DNA of 64,000 nt. It comes from Setoptus koraiensis (taxonomy: Eukaryota; Animalia; Arthropoda). The notes beneath the pieces were generated by a model. The model searched no databases. It was not told the DNA's origin and saw nothing but the letters and a program-made list of their open reading frames with translations. The stretch lies in contig CM106586.1 in assembly GCA_048013815.1 (NCBI GenBank), positions 4,712,001 to 4,776,000 on the forward strand, written 5' to 3'. This document shows, one piece after another, positions 35,871 through 48,996 of this stretch (position 1 is its first letter; each line of letters begins with the position of its first letter). The position numbers and the translations under genes were made by a program.

Positions 35871-38828
35871 GTAAGTGTGCCGCTACACGCAAGCCGCGGC
35901 ACAAGCGAGCGGCCCATACAACAAGACGACTGACACTAACACTGTCTGTAAGTAGGCCGGATGTGAGCGCCGTGTGCATGCATCTGAGCCATGCGAGCCG
36001 TCGGGGCCGTCGGAACCGTCTGAGGCTTGTGGGGCCGTGCGAGGCTTGTGAGCCATCGACGGCGACACAACGAAACGAAGCGAGATAAAACGACGCACAG
36101 AGATTCAGTTCACTTTTGGGCGCCCTTGAGCCTTTTGCGAGGCGCCCGACTAAACTGAGGCAACTCGCGTGAATAGAAGCGCCGACAGGCAGCTCCTTTG
36201 CACAATTGGTGACACAATTTCTGTTCGGTGCGGCTCGGCTCGGCGCGGCGCGGTGCGGCTAGCCGGCCGATCCGAAATTGACAGGCTGGCAGTGGGGCGA
36301 CGACGAGCCGACAAATAGCCAATTGTGTGAGTAATGCGCAAGTTGGATAGGTGACAATTTGTTATTGTTGAATTCACTTATTTATTCCTGTCTGCTTATT
36401 ATTATTCATTAATAGCGACAACGAGCACGGCCGCGCAAATGTAAATTTGGTCCGCAAAAATGTCCGCAAACGTTGCATGTTGAGGGCGGCGGCGGCGGCG
36501 GCGGAACGCGGAACTTTGCGCTGACGGAGCGTCTGACAGTGATCTTGTTGTTTCGCGATTAAATTGCGTCTCCTTGATCCGCTCCGCTCCCCTCCTCTCT
36601 GCTCCTCTCCGCGCGGATCCGACGCGATCCGATGCGATCGCACTTGAGCGCGCTCGGCCCAATCCGATCCGATCTGATTCAACTCGATTCAATTCGACAG
36701 AATGGGCCCACTTACATCATTAGCGTTGCGCGGCCAGGTAGATGTGATATTGATTTATATTGATGCCTATCTAGGGATTGTTACACTGTCAATTTGTGTT
36801 GTCACTTTTGGGCCGGCAGCAAGCGAGGCCTGGGCGCCGCCGACGAGCCGACGCTAAGCGACACTAAGCGACACTAAGCAGCCAATCAAGTATCAGTGGG
36901 CCCGGCCAACAGCAACAATGGGGCCCACCCGTTGGTCATAAATCAGAGGCCCACTATCGCATGCTACCGTGCGATAGTGGGCCCCAAAAAGCACCACTGG
37001 CTCTAGACAAAGCGAGCCAGCGATAAGAATTAGTATTAATGTTAATATTATCTCATTAGAATAATAATTGATGTTGACACACACTCGCAGTTGCTGTATA
37101 ATAAGCACAGTTGCGTAATAGACACACAGTTGTATAATAAACACAGTGTGTCGTAAAATACAGTTAACGGTGATTTATTTATCGTTTTGCCAGTTGTTTG
37201 CGGGGCTTGCGCATCGCCGTCGCCAGCGCCAGAGCGGCCAATCTGGCAAGCTAGCCGGCGAACCAGCCACAGCCAGCCACTTGGTAGCCAGCTAGGTGCG
37301 CCGTGTTTGAGTGGGCTCAGACGAGTTGCGTCAGAGGCCCGATGCTGGCTGGCAAGCTCGCTGTGGCCGCCATTTGGACGTCGGGCGCTGCTTGGGGGGC
37401 CAGCACGGGATAAATGGTGGAGAGGCCAGATGAGAGGCCAGGCTCGGGCATGAGTGGGCCCGGCCATTGGGCCCCGTCGGCGGTGGCTCGTGCAGCGGCA
37501 GCGGCAGCGGCGAGCGAGCCGGCGTCCAATGGGCCACACGAACAGATCATTATCTGTTCATTAAATCTGCCCAATTCAAACGCAACGATCTGCCGTTGTT
37601 GGCGTCGCTTGCTGCCATTGTTGCTGTTGGCGCTGTTGTTGGCGCTGTCGTTGGCGCTGTTGTTGGCGTTGTTGTTGGTGGCGCCGTCGGTGTTGTTGCT
37701 GTCGCTGGCGCTTTTGTCGTTGTTGCTGGCGGCCCCAAAGATGCTATTACGCCGTTGTTGTTATACACTTGGGGGCTTGTTGTTGTTGTTGTTACGATTA
37801 AAGTACTATTTGTGCAACAGCAGCAGCAGCGGCAACAACAACAACACACTCGCACTGCTGGCCGCTAAATAACGGCGCCAACAGCCACGAAAAACGATAC
37901 AATTGAACAGGTCAATTGTGTCTCGCCAGCAGCCGGCGGTCTAACCGGCACACAAACAAACATCGCCGGCAGTGAAAATGAATGCCGGCTGTCTGGCCGG
38001 CCGTCTGGTCGTCTGGCCAGCCGTCTTGCCAAGACGGTCTTGGCAAGACGGCTGGCCGCTATTGGCGCGAGAAAATAACGTTAGAAGCAATATACATAAG
38101 CTAGATAAGCTATGCACGATGGGTATATAAACACTGCTTATATTGCGTCACTTCCAACGACGGCCAACAACCGACCAACTGCAACAACCGGCCGCAACAA
38201 CCGACTGCCACGACCGACTGCCACGACCGACACCGAAACAGCTGACGATTGTCAGTGTAACTGGGCCAACTTGGCGCAAATTGGTTCTGGTGCACGTATG
38301 CACGATGTTGCACGTGTTGTTGTTGTTGTTGTTGTTGTTGTCGTTGTTGTTGTCGTTGTTGCTGTCGTTGTTGCGGGTTGTCGGTTGAATGAGACGGAGA
38401 CGTTGTTGTATCACAGTGCGCGCGTACAAAGTGCCAAGTGCTGGCTCGTGTGATTGTGCTCGTGTTAATCGAAACACAGCTCGCCAGCCAGATTGTTATC
38501 GGCGGATTTTTCGCTGGCAAGACGCGCCCGGATAGTGTCTGGCTTTTGGGCGACTTGCCGCGGGTTCGTCGGCGGCCCGCCCGACAGCCAGCCGACGAAC
38601 CCGAACGAGGCGCCGCCTGGCCGCCACCAGAGAACGAAACGCGCCGCGCAACGTGTCACATAAATCATAACATCTTCCCGCGACACACATTCAAAAACCT
38701 GCAACCTGGCAGCGCGTTAGCACGTGATCTAATTATTGTTGGCCCACGTAATACATCACTGCCTGTGCACCAATTCGCACCAGCCTGCGCCCAAATCACA
38801 ACCGGCGGCATCGCATAGCGGCAGCCAA

Positions 38829-38922
38829 TAGCGACTTTGTATAGCGACTTGGTACAGCGACTTCGTATAGCGACTTTGTATAGCGACGCCGTGTAGCGAC
38901 TTCGTATAGCGACCTCGTATAG
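38829..38922. repeat. 13-bp tandem repeat (tagcgactt.gta, about 7 copies)
   Basis: Directly visible. Confidence 0.85.
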
Positions 38923-40900
38923 AGACAACCGCGGCACAGCGGCCGCCCGGCTAAATAAATATGCGGCGCAATAGGCTGTTGGTGACCTTTGGGCTGTGTC
39001 CGTCAGTGACGGCCGGTGCCCGCTTGTCAGTGTTGAGCTTGAGCAGGGGCCGGCAACGGCGTTGTCGCGACAACAACACCGTTCAATCAATGACCATGAC
39101 AATTGCCATTCGGACACACTAGTTAGCACACTGGCCACAGCGCTAAATGGATTGTAAATTAGCGGCCCGCTTCCCCCTGGCCGCGTGTGCGTGTGTGTGC
39201 CTCAGTCAGCTGGCTACATGACAGCGGGCATAGGTGTGTGTGTGTGCGTGAGGCCAGAAATGGGGCCGCAATTATATTACAATTGGAGAGCGTTGGTGCG
39301 GTTTTGTGCCAGTCACTTTTATCTGCTCTCGCTCTGTGTTTGCTGGCACAACAATCGACTGACACCGCTTCGGTGCGTTGCGTCGAGCCGTGTGAGGCCC
39401 ATTGCAGTGGCCGTGTGAGGCTGCACAGCGGGCCCCACAAAGCTGTCGATTGTCGGCGTTGCCAGCGAGCATAGCAGCGGATAAAAATGCTCAATTGTTG
39501 TGCGCAGCAAATGTCGACAGGTCAGTGGGTGTTGCCTGATATGCAGCAGCAGCAGCAACATATTGTCAGTTGGCCAGGCTTATGCTAATGTCAGCCCCAA
39601 TATTAGACACAAACAACAGTGTGCGATATGTCGCTGTTGAGATAGATAGTTGGATGTGTCGCCTAGATGAGCGACAAAACAACGCATAACTAGCACAGGT
39701 TGTTGCTGTTGCTGTTGTTGTCGTTGTTGTCGTTGTTGTCGTTGTTGTCGTTGCTGTCGCTGCTGTTGTTGCTGTAGTTAATTGTCACTTGCTGGATGGT
39801 GCGAGTTTTTAGCTTGCAACCGCGACACAAAAGCGCAACTTGCCACTACCACACATATACTACCACACATATACTACCATACATATATACATACACTACT
39901 ATATATAGGCGCTACAACAACGGATATATATATATATATCCGCTATGCATGCGCTGCCAGATATATCTGTCTAGACACTGTGTAATGCAATAAAATGTCC
40001 GACACAAACCGCGACACAAACCATCCGTGAGCTTGTGAGCCCGTGAGCGTGCCACCAGTTGGCACAGTTATGCAACATGACGCAACAATGACAACAACGC
40101 CACCAGCCACATTGGCCGCGCAACTCGCGACAAATAAGCATCGCACCACTATTACTATCAATATTGCTGTTGCTATTATTATTGTATTACAAGTGTGTTA
40201 CAACAACGTTCATTATAACGGCCAGTTGGTATTCGCTATCACGCTTGCACGTCATCTTATAGGCATCAACGTGCTGACCAAGGGCGCAACGGTCAGCGTG
40301 TGTGTCAACCAATTCACCTGTGTCGCCCCCTTAATCAAGCTTGTGCTTGTCAACTTTATAGCAGCCAGCGCAAAGCCAGTGACTTGTTTCTATAGGTAAT
40401 TCAATGAGAGATAGAGGGCATCATTATATCATTGCGTTGGCGCAATGTGTTGTTTGCTTCACAATTGTCACACTGTGCTAACACTGTGCCGCCACCGGCA
40501 CACACAATTGGACACCTTGCGTGCATTTGGGGCGCCCGACAAACACGTCCACGTGTAATCATCAATGTGTTGACAGTGCGCTGACATTTGTGACACTACA
40601 ATGGCTCTGACAGCAGCGACAACAACGCCAACAGCGCCAACAACATCGACAACAACAGCGCCAACAACAACATCGACAACAACAACGCCAACGGCAGCAG
40701 CAACAAAACATTGACAACATCGACAACAACGACAACAACGACAGCGCCAACATCGACAACAGCGCCACAGTCTGGCGGCCAGAAACTGGCGGCCAGACGA
40801 CAACTGAATTCAGGTCATTAGTTGCTGAGTGGCTCAATTTGTTTGTGTCCGTGGTGCCCTGGGCACCATGTATTGACGTCCTTGTTGGGGCCGTTCATAT

Positions 40901-41056
40901 CCCACATAGCGGCACATAGCGGCGCATAGCTGCACATGGCAGCGCATGGCGGCACATGGGGGCACATAGCGGCACACAGCGGCACATGGGGGCACATGGG
41001 GGCGCATGGCGGCACATAGCGACACATAGAGACACATAGAGACACATAGAGACACA
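40901..41056. repeat. 10-bp tandem repeat (ggcacatagc/ggcacatggg grading into gacacataga)
   Basis: Directly visible; units drift along the array. Confidence 0.85.
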
Positions 41057-42417
41057 TGAGGGCATTTGAGGGCAACAGTGACACAAACTGTCGCCCGTGT
41101 CAGTGGCCGATTTTGGGCAATCTGCGATTAATGACTCAGTCACAGGTCGACTTTTGGTCCGACTGACACTTTTTGCAAAAAGTTTAAGTCGGACCAAAAG
41201 TGGGCGCCAAAACGGACGGCGCAATGAGCGCAAGCGGAACCAGTTTGTGTATCGCGGCGATAATCTGAACGATCCGACTGCCAAAGCCAACGATGCCACC
41301 AAAGCTAAACTAATTTGCCAGCCGAGAGCCCCAATGTCAAGTGGCCGGCGTTGTTTTGGGCCCGCGCGTGTGGGCCCAAACAAGGCCCGACAGCAACTGT
41401 GAACGAGGGCCCCGCCTGGGCCTGTCTGTGAACAAGAGTGGGGGCCCCCCGAATCAATGCTTGCGCGCAGATAATAAAGTGTTGCGAGGCGCGCAAAAAG
41501 TAATCTCGACAGTCTCGACAAGTCTTGGCGGTTGTCTTGGCGGCGTCTGGTCGATTGGGGCGCCAATAACATGCACACAATACAAGCTATTTACTGCTGC
41601 TGCTGCTGCTGCTGTATTATTACATGCCATGTAATAATACAGCAGCGGCTAATGTATTTTGGGCAATAGTCGCTAGTCGAATGTAATCCGGGCATTTGGG
41701 CTGATCTGTGGCCCGAATGGCGTGTGCCACGGGCGCATTTGCATCGATTGCGCAACAGCAAAAATCAAATCAGCCAGTGGCACCGCCGAGACAATTCAAT
41801 TTCAGCGGCTAAAATCTCAACTGGCTGTTGCAACTGGCAACTGGCAACTGGCGAGCCAGATGAGAAATTGGCCCGCTCACGGGCTGATAGCCGAGGCTCG
41901 CTTAAAATATTCAAAAGACCTGCCACGGGTTCAGTGGTGCGCCGCCGGTTCAATGGGCGCCTCGTGGCGCCACTTGCATCCATTGCGGACAGAGAGAGAG
42001 AGTCTCGCGAGAGCGGGAGAGGGGGGGGGCACAAATTTCACAAATATATTAGCTGATTTGATGCTGATTTAATGTTGATTTGATCAAGCTGATAAAGCAG
42101 CACAACGTCCAAATAAAAGTACATGTTTGTATTATTTGCCTAGTACTGATACGTGCCCACTAGGTGCACCTCCGGGCCGGCCCGCTGCCCGCTCGCATGT
42201 AATGGGACCCCTGGAGGGCGCCATTAATCCCCCTGCTGGCTGCTGTTTATTCTTTATTTTGCAACGCTGCTGGCCCATTCTCGGCGCGTGTCGCGGCCAG
42301 CTTAGATTAAGCAAACAACGCGCCAGATCGCGCACTATCTTGGCAGCAACATTATGCAAGACAGCGGCCGCATGATTGCGAGCCGCTCAAATGAGCAGCG
42401 CACTTTTTTACGCTCGC

Positions 42418-42620
42418 TGCGAGCATCCGAGCATCCGAGGAGCCGTCGAACGAGTCGTCGAACATCCGAGCGAACCGCCGAGCGAACCGCCGAGCGAACC
42501 GCCGACCGAACAGCCGAGCGAACAGCCGGGCGAACAGCCGAACGAACCGCCGAGCGAGCCGTCGAACATCCGAGCGAACCGCCGAACGAGCAGCCGAAAG
42601 TCGGAACATCCGAAAGAACG
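42418..42620. repeat. Degenerate ccgagcgaac(cg) tandem array
   Basis: Directly visible; responsible for several overlapping pseudo-ORFs. Confidence 0.85.
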
Positions 42621-45600
42621 TTCCAGCGCGCTCGCAATCCGGAACAGCCAATCAAAAGTGAGTGAATCCTTGTTTTGCGCGGCGCACACGCTGGCGTTCA
42701 TATGTTAGTTAGTCGATTGTCGGCCGGGCCCAAAACAATGCTCTCACAGCGCCCAGGTAATCAAATGCCAGTTGCCCGTTGGCTAGATTAAATCGATCGG
42801 GTTGCCGCTAACGAGTGGCTGCAAATTTTAAAGTGCACCCAGCTCGAATTAGAGCCAGTCGCTGAGCACGTTGCATTTTGCGTTTGGCGCATTTTCGCAT
42901 TTTGGGGCCCCAAACACCGACCGAGCCAGCCCGACAGCCCGAGCTAGCCCAACGGCGCGGCCAGCGCCGGGCTCCCCCGAGCGCAACTTGACCCCGTCTT
43001 GCATAGCCCGGCCGACGGCCGACGGCTGGCTGGCGATCGATCAAGTTATAAACGTCAGCTCGCGAGCCTCTATTGACTGGCGGCCGGCCGGGCACCTAGC
43101 GACTTGCTGCCTGCGACACTTAACGGCCGGCTGAGAGCGCGCCAGCGCAAACTTTTATGCGGACGCGCGGCAGCAGCCTCGCTCACTTTGAAATCTCCAT
43201 CTCACTGAATTTATAATTTAACTCGCTCGCTGCTCTCTTGTGTCTATTTAATTCCTGAGCCGCTAACGGTCGCGCCAGTCGCGACAGCCAGCGACACTAG
43301 CGACACGAGCGACACAAGCGACGCCAGCGACACGAGCGACACTAGCGACGCGCCGACGACAGGAGCTTGCTCATCAAAAAGAGAGGCCCACGCGCCGGAA
43401 TTTTATAGCCGGCGCCAAAATTGAGCCGCTCACCTTTAGTTGGCTAGGCGTGAAACTTGGCACCGTTGTGTCGCCAACAAAGAGGCTCGTTTGCGCCGCG
43501 GCGACTCGTGCAGCAACGGCTACTAACGGTAATGTTGTTGTTGGCGCTGTTGTTGTTGTCTTTGTTGTTGCTCACAATGAACTTGACTGTTGTGTCTTGA
43601 GATTATTACAACGCGACAGCGGCGACTAATATGATTCGGTGCGCAATGCACGGCCGGCCAGCCGGCGGGCGGCGGGCGGCGGGCCGGCTAGCCGGGCCAG
43701 GCGTTTAGACAACAATAAACGACCATGTAACGGCGCGCGCCAACTCTTAACGGGCCTCTTCTGTCTCTTTAACGGGATTGTTTGCAATGGGCGCTCGCTT
43801 GCGGTACCGCACCCGGCAACGGGCAACGGGCTACGGGCGCCACGCAATGCGCCAACCCGACGAAATGCGCCAACTTGCGGGACACGCCGACCAGTTATTT
43901 GAAATGATGGTGGCGCTAAAAGTAGAGTCGTTCATGTGTACAACCGTTAGGGCGCGCGTTTATAGTGAATTCGTAATCACTTTAGACACTCACTCTGATT
44001 CGCGCCTCTCGCGCCCGTTGCGGGCCCCAACGCGCCCAGCTATCACACTTGCCCGGCCGGCAGCCAGCAAGCTGATGCATGAATTGAAAGTAATTCCTGT
44101 TTGTCTGTCTGGCCCAGTGTGCGCGGCGCTACTTTCGTCACGCTGATTATTGATTACGTAATTTACTGCGGCTTCCATTCTCTTATGGCACATGCCAGGC
44201 GCCGCTCGCCAGCAGCTCATGCTCGCTCAACCACTTCGCTTCTTTTCGAGCGTCGCCCCTTCGTTTCGAACGCCCCCGTTCGCGTCGAACGCTCCCCGTT
44301 CGCGTCGAACGCGCTTCCATTGGAACGCGCTTCTGTTCGAGCGCTCCGCTTTGAGCGGCTCCCACAGATTCGGGGGCCCGACGGCTCGAGCGGCAGTCGT
44401 TAGAACAAAACAAAGGACAGGCTCGGCTGTGTCTGAACTGGCCACGGGACCCCATTGAGTTGTGCGCGGCCGGCCCGCCCGCACGCTGGAAAGTTGCTCG
44501 CTGCTCGCGCGGCTCGCTGTTGGCGTTGCGTTCGCGCGGCTTGCTGCGCCGCGCTTGTTTGTCCGGCGCACAATTGAGATCCTCGGCGCCGCCGCCGCCG
44601 AGGGCCCCAAAATGAAACAAATACGCTAATGCGCAACGATGCAATGCGGCTAACGGGAGCGTGTTTAATTTGTTGAGCTTGCAACATCCAAAATATATCA
44701 TCATAATATGCGCCAGTTTGAGCGATTCTGAGCGAGTTTGAGCGAGCTTGAGAGTGTCGGCGGGCGACGAAAAACACAGACACCGACCAGCACGAGCAAC
44801 CTTTCGGAATTTTGAGAGCTCGGGCCCGCCTCACCTTGGCCCGGCCGCCAAGTTGCGGCGCAAAGTTAATCGCTCGCCGTCGCCGGCTAAGCCCACGCCA
44901 CCAGCTAGCTAGCCAGCCAGCCAGCCAGCTCAAATTGACTGACACACTGACTGACAGCACCATAGGCCACATCAAATGGGTTCGCGGGCCTGTCGTTAGT
45001 GCTCAGCCAGCGGGCAAAAGGACGAGCTAGTTTTGGGGCCAGCCAGCCAGTGGGCAGCGCCGGGCAAAGCCGCAGTGAATAGCTGGTGAGATGGATAGAT
45101 TGGAGATGGGTATCTTTTTAACATAATGGATGAGTTAGTAGAATGGATGAGCCGCGCGCAGAATGGGCCAATGGGCGACGGGCCGGCCAGTATGTGGGGC
45201 CAGCCAGCCAGCCGGAGAATGGAGCCGACAGAGAGAGAGAGAGAATAAAAGAGAGACTCGAATGAAGATAAACTTGCGGGCAGATGGGGCCAATTTTTCG
45301 GCGGCGCACCGTTGCCCTGTGTGTGAGTGTGTGTGTGGTGGCACTAGCGCGGGCCGCACCAGACGCGAGTGTTAATGTAATCCCGGCGCCAGTAGCTAGT
45401 TCCGCGAGCGGCGCGCGTCGGGCCCGGCCGCCCGCCGCTCGCAGGCGGCCGGTTGAAAGGGGTGATCGCGCATTCCGGTCACGTTCAATCCTAATCACTC
45501 CCGTTTAACATAGCGAGTTTCATCAGAAAAGAGATGAGTTGCTCGCGTGGGGCCGCTTGTGAATATTTCGCTTCTCCAAAATACCTCGCTGGCAAGCCGG

Positions 45601-48600
45601 CCCGGTACGCTGCCCGGCGGCTCAGTATACATAGAGCATAATATTATATTAGCGCCAGTCATAAACAGTATCATATCGCGCCAAGGTCTTAGCGAAGGTA
45701 TCACACTAGCAACTCATGGTCACAACACACACGCTGGCACCGGGATAAATATCATTTTCTTGTTGCCTCCTCCGGCCCGTGCCCGGTGGGCGCAAAATCC
45801 GCCCGCCCTCCCGTGCGAAATGCGGCCCCTCTCCGCCAACATGAGGCAGCCCCCGGACTGGGGCCCCAGTGCGAAATCCGGCCGTCGCTATAGTGCATTT
45901 TCTTGCTACTTCTTTGGGTGCCCGACGCGCAAGCCGGCCGGCAGACAAACAATACAGTATATACAATAATGGTCTATTCAAATCAGTTTATGAAAAGCCA
46001 CCGACCGGCATTATTCGGCCACCGATCTGGCTACACAATGCCGCCGCGTTTCGCCCCTGGCCCCAATAATAAATTCGGCCCTCGCTGGCCGGTTGCTGCC
46101 GGCCAATACAATGGACGCGCGGATTCTCCCTTTTCCATCAATTCACAATATATATTGATTTTTCTAGAAACTGGCCCCCCACTCACACACAATCTCACTC
46201 AACTAGGTGGCTAGGTGACCGACAGCGCGAGCTGTGCCCGTCGCCCGGTGCCATTGTTATTACGTTTTAATGTTGTCGACGGTGCGACTATCGAGTTAAC
46301 AGCTCAGCGTAATTGAGCGATGGGGCGACTTTGTTTTTGGGCGATGCGCCACGCTGCCGCTTGGGCGCGCCTCCAGTGGCCGGCCCGCTGGCGCCCGACG
46401 ACGCCGACAAACTATGGGTTCAATCGGACACAATTGGAAATATAATATCATCAGGGCCCAGAGGCCGGCGCTGCAATTACATCTGGCGCCGGGTTAGTTT
46501 GCCGGCGGCGGCGGGCCCACGATTGGCGCAAATTGAAACTTGACAACCCGACTCACACCGGCGCACAAGCCAACCGACCAACTAGCGCCACCGGCGCCGA
46601 TTATGTCGCGACTCGCGACGACTGAGTTGCGGTGCCAAGCGAGCGCCCCCCCCCGTAAACGAACTCAAAACGAACCGAAACGGCGACCGAAACCGACAGA
46701 AACTGCAACCGAAACCGACCCAAACTGACCGGCCAGACGGGCCTCCGCTGGGCCGGCAAAAAGTGGGCCGAGACGAGCATTGGCAGCGGACAGTTCATGC
46801 GACCAATTAGACTAGCGTGGGCCCCGATGACCGGCTAATCAGTTGGCCGGACAGAGTGCGGTCGCAGTGGCCGCTTGCGGCGGCTATCTGTGGCGTGACG
46901 AGCTTACCCAGCCAGTAATTGAATTTGTCAACTTTTTACTGACTTAACACTGAGCCGGCGGGGGCCGACAGCCAGTGGCAAGGTCCCGTTGGTCACACAG
47001 CAACCAGTTTATTTATATTGGCCGTGCTCGGTTGGTCGCAGATAACTTGCCCGGCCGGCTACCCGCCGGCCGCCGTATCACACCGTCTGAGCATCGGAGC
47101 GGCACGTGGCCAGTTTTAAATGAGCGAGTTGAGCGAGACACACTGGTTGAGGTTGCCAGCCAACCGACCAGGCAAGTGACAAGTGCTGGCTGCAAACATG
47201 GCGCCCCAGCAAAAACAAGCCGACAGAGGCGCCCGACCGAGCCGTCTAGACCGGCGCGTATCGGCCGCTGTCTAGACGACTCAGTGTGCGTGTGACAGAT
47301 TTTGTCAAAATAAAAATAAAAAGGGAAACCAACCAAAATTCTGTGCACAAAATGTCAGTGGCTTGAGGGGCCCCGTGTTTGCGGCGCCCATTGGTGGCCC
47401 ATTGTCAAAAATTGCTGCATTTGTTGTTTGGCGTGATGCGCGCCGGCCATCGCCAATTATTCACACATAAATATCTGCCGCTCTCTGTTCGCGTACGCAA
47501 TGTGTGATATTGATATATCTGGGGCCCGGCCAGAGGCCACCAATAATGCTAACAATCACCGCTTAACGATACCACTATCGACATAAATAGATTTCAGGCT
47601 GCTGCGGCGGCTCGCCAGCCAGTCAGCCAGCCAGCCAGCCAGCCAATTGGCCGATTGGCCCCAATGACGCATCAGCAAATTTTCGCCCATCCGCCCGCTC
47701 GCCCGGCCGGCCGCTCGCTCGCTAGCTCGTGTGTCTGGTGTGTCGGTTCTGGTTACAGCGAGACGGGCCCGCAATCGATTGTCGATCGGCTCGAACGCGC
47801 GCGACACACACACATTTCACGCTCATATTTTTGCCATAAAAAGTGCCAGCGCGTATGGGGCCCCAAAACTTGCGGTGCTGGCGATGCCCAGGCGAGCATC
47901 ATGAGTAACTCGCTTAACGCGCCGTGCGCGTCCGCAGCACGTGTTACGCAAGTGACGGCGCGTTATGCGCCGCAATACCTAGACAGTCTAGGCCAGACTG
48001 GATGTTGGCCACTCACTGGCGCAGAAAAAAGCGCCGTAGCGAGCCGGAGACGGCAGCAGCGAGCGGCACACGCTGACTGGCTCAAAAAAGCGCCTTCGCC
48101 GAGCCCAAACGAGGGCCCAAACGGGTGCCTCAAACGAGTGCCTCGAAGCCACATTTAGCCGGAGCCCTCAGATAGAGAGCGAGTGAAAAAGCTGCACTGG
48201 ATCAAAGTGATTGGCCAACAGTGCAAAATATTGTGCTGCCGTCGTGTATAAAACGATAATCATTGATTAGCCGAGGCTTGAGCTGGAGCTGGCAACATGA
48301 TCGCGGCTTCATTTTGCCCATCATTTGGCTCAACGAGCGCATATTGCATAATTGAGGGCAGAAATTAGATTCAACTTACTGCTCACTTATAATCAATGTG
48401 CAACTTGCTGCGTCTTGGCTCTGACACTGTCGCTCTCACTTAACCCGCTTGCTGGCCCCCAACTATCAATTTGGAGCCTCAACTGTGCCGCTCGTCGTCT
48501 TATGAGAGGAACAACTTGACTCGCTACTAACGAGTCCAGTTAATCGTCTAGACGAGCAGCGGTTTTACAGCGCGCCCATTTACGCGCTGCCCAACATGTG

Positions 48601-48917
48601 GCGAGACAGCCGAGCCAAAGTTGGCCAGACAGGCGTCGGCCTCGCAAATTGACACAGCCACTCGAATTAGCCGCGCGGCTATCATGTGGGCCCCAGCGCG
48701 ATCTCTCGTTATCTCGATGGCGTCGGTTATAATACGATATTATATAATGTAAATTTAATATTGCGGATGTGGGCTGTCGAGCGGCGGCTTGTCACGGTCT
48801 AGCAGTGTCAATCATGATTGTGACACGGGTGACGCAATGACACGCTTTGTGTATCGTTTGTGTGTTTGCTCTGCCTTTGTCAAAGCGAAATGATGGCGCC
48901 ATCTTGCATTGATACTG

Positions 48918-48996
48918 GGATATTCGGATGCTTGGATACTCGGATATTCGAATATTCGGATATTCGGATATTCGGATATTCGGATATTCGGATATT
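48918..48996. repeat. 8-bp tandem repeat (ggatattc, about 10 copies)
   Basis: Directly visible. Confidence 0.9.

Noticed and set aside
48296-48355. Peptide DRGFILPIIWLNE resembling the CD36 family C-terminal motif
   Set aside because: It is bounded by stops, with no upstream RLQxN motif or downstream TM helix in any frame; too short to support.
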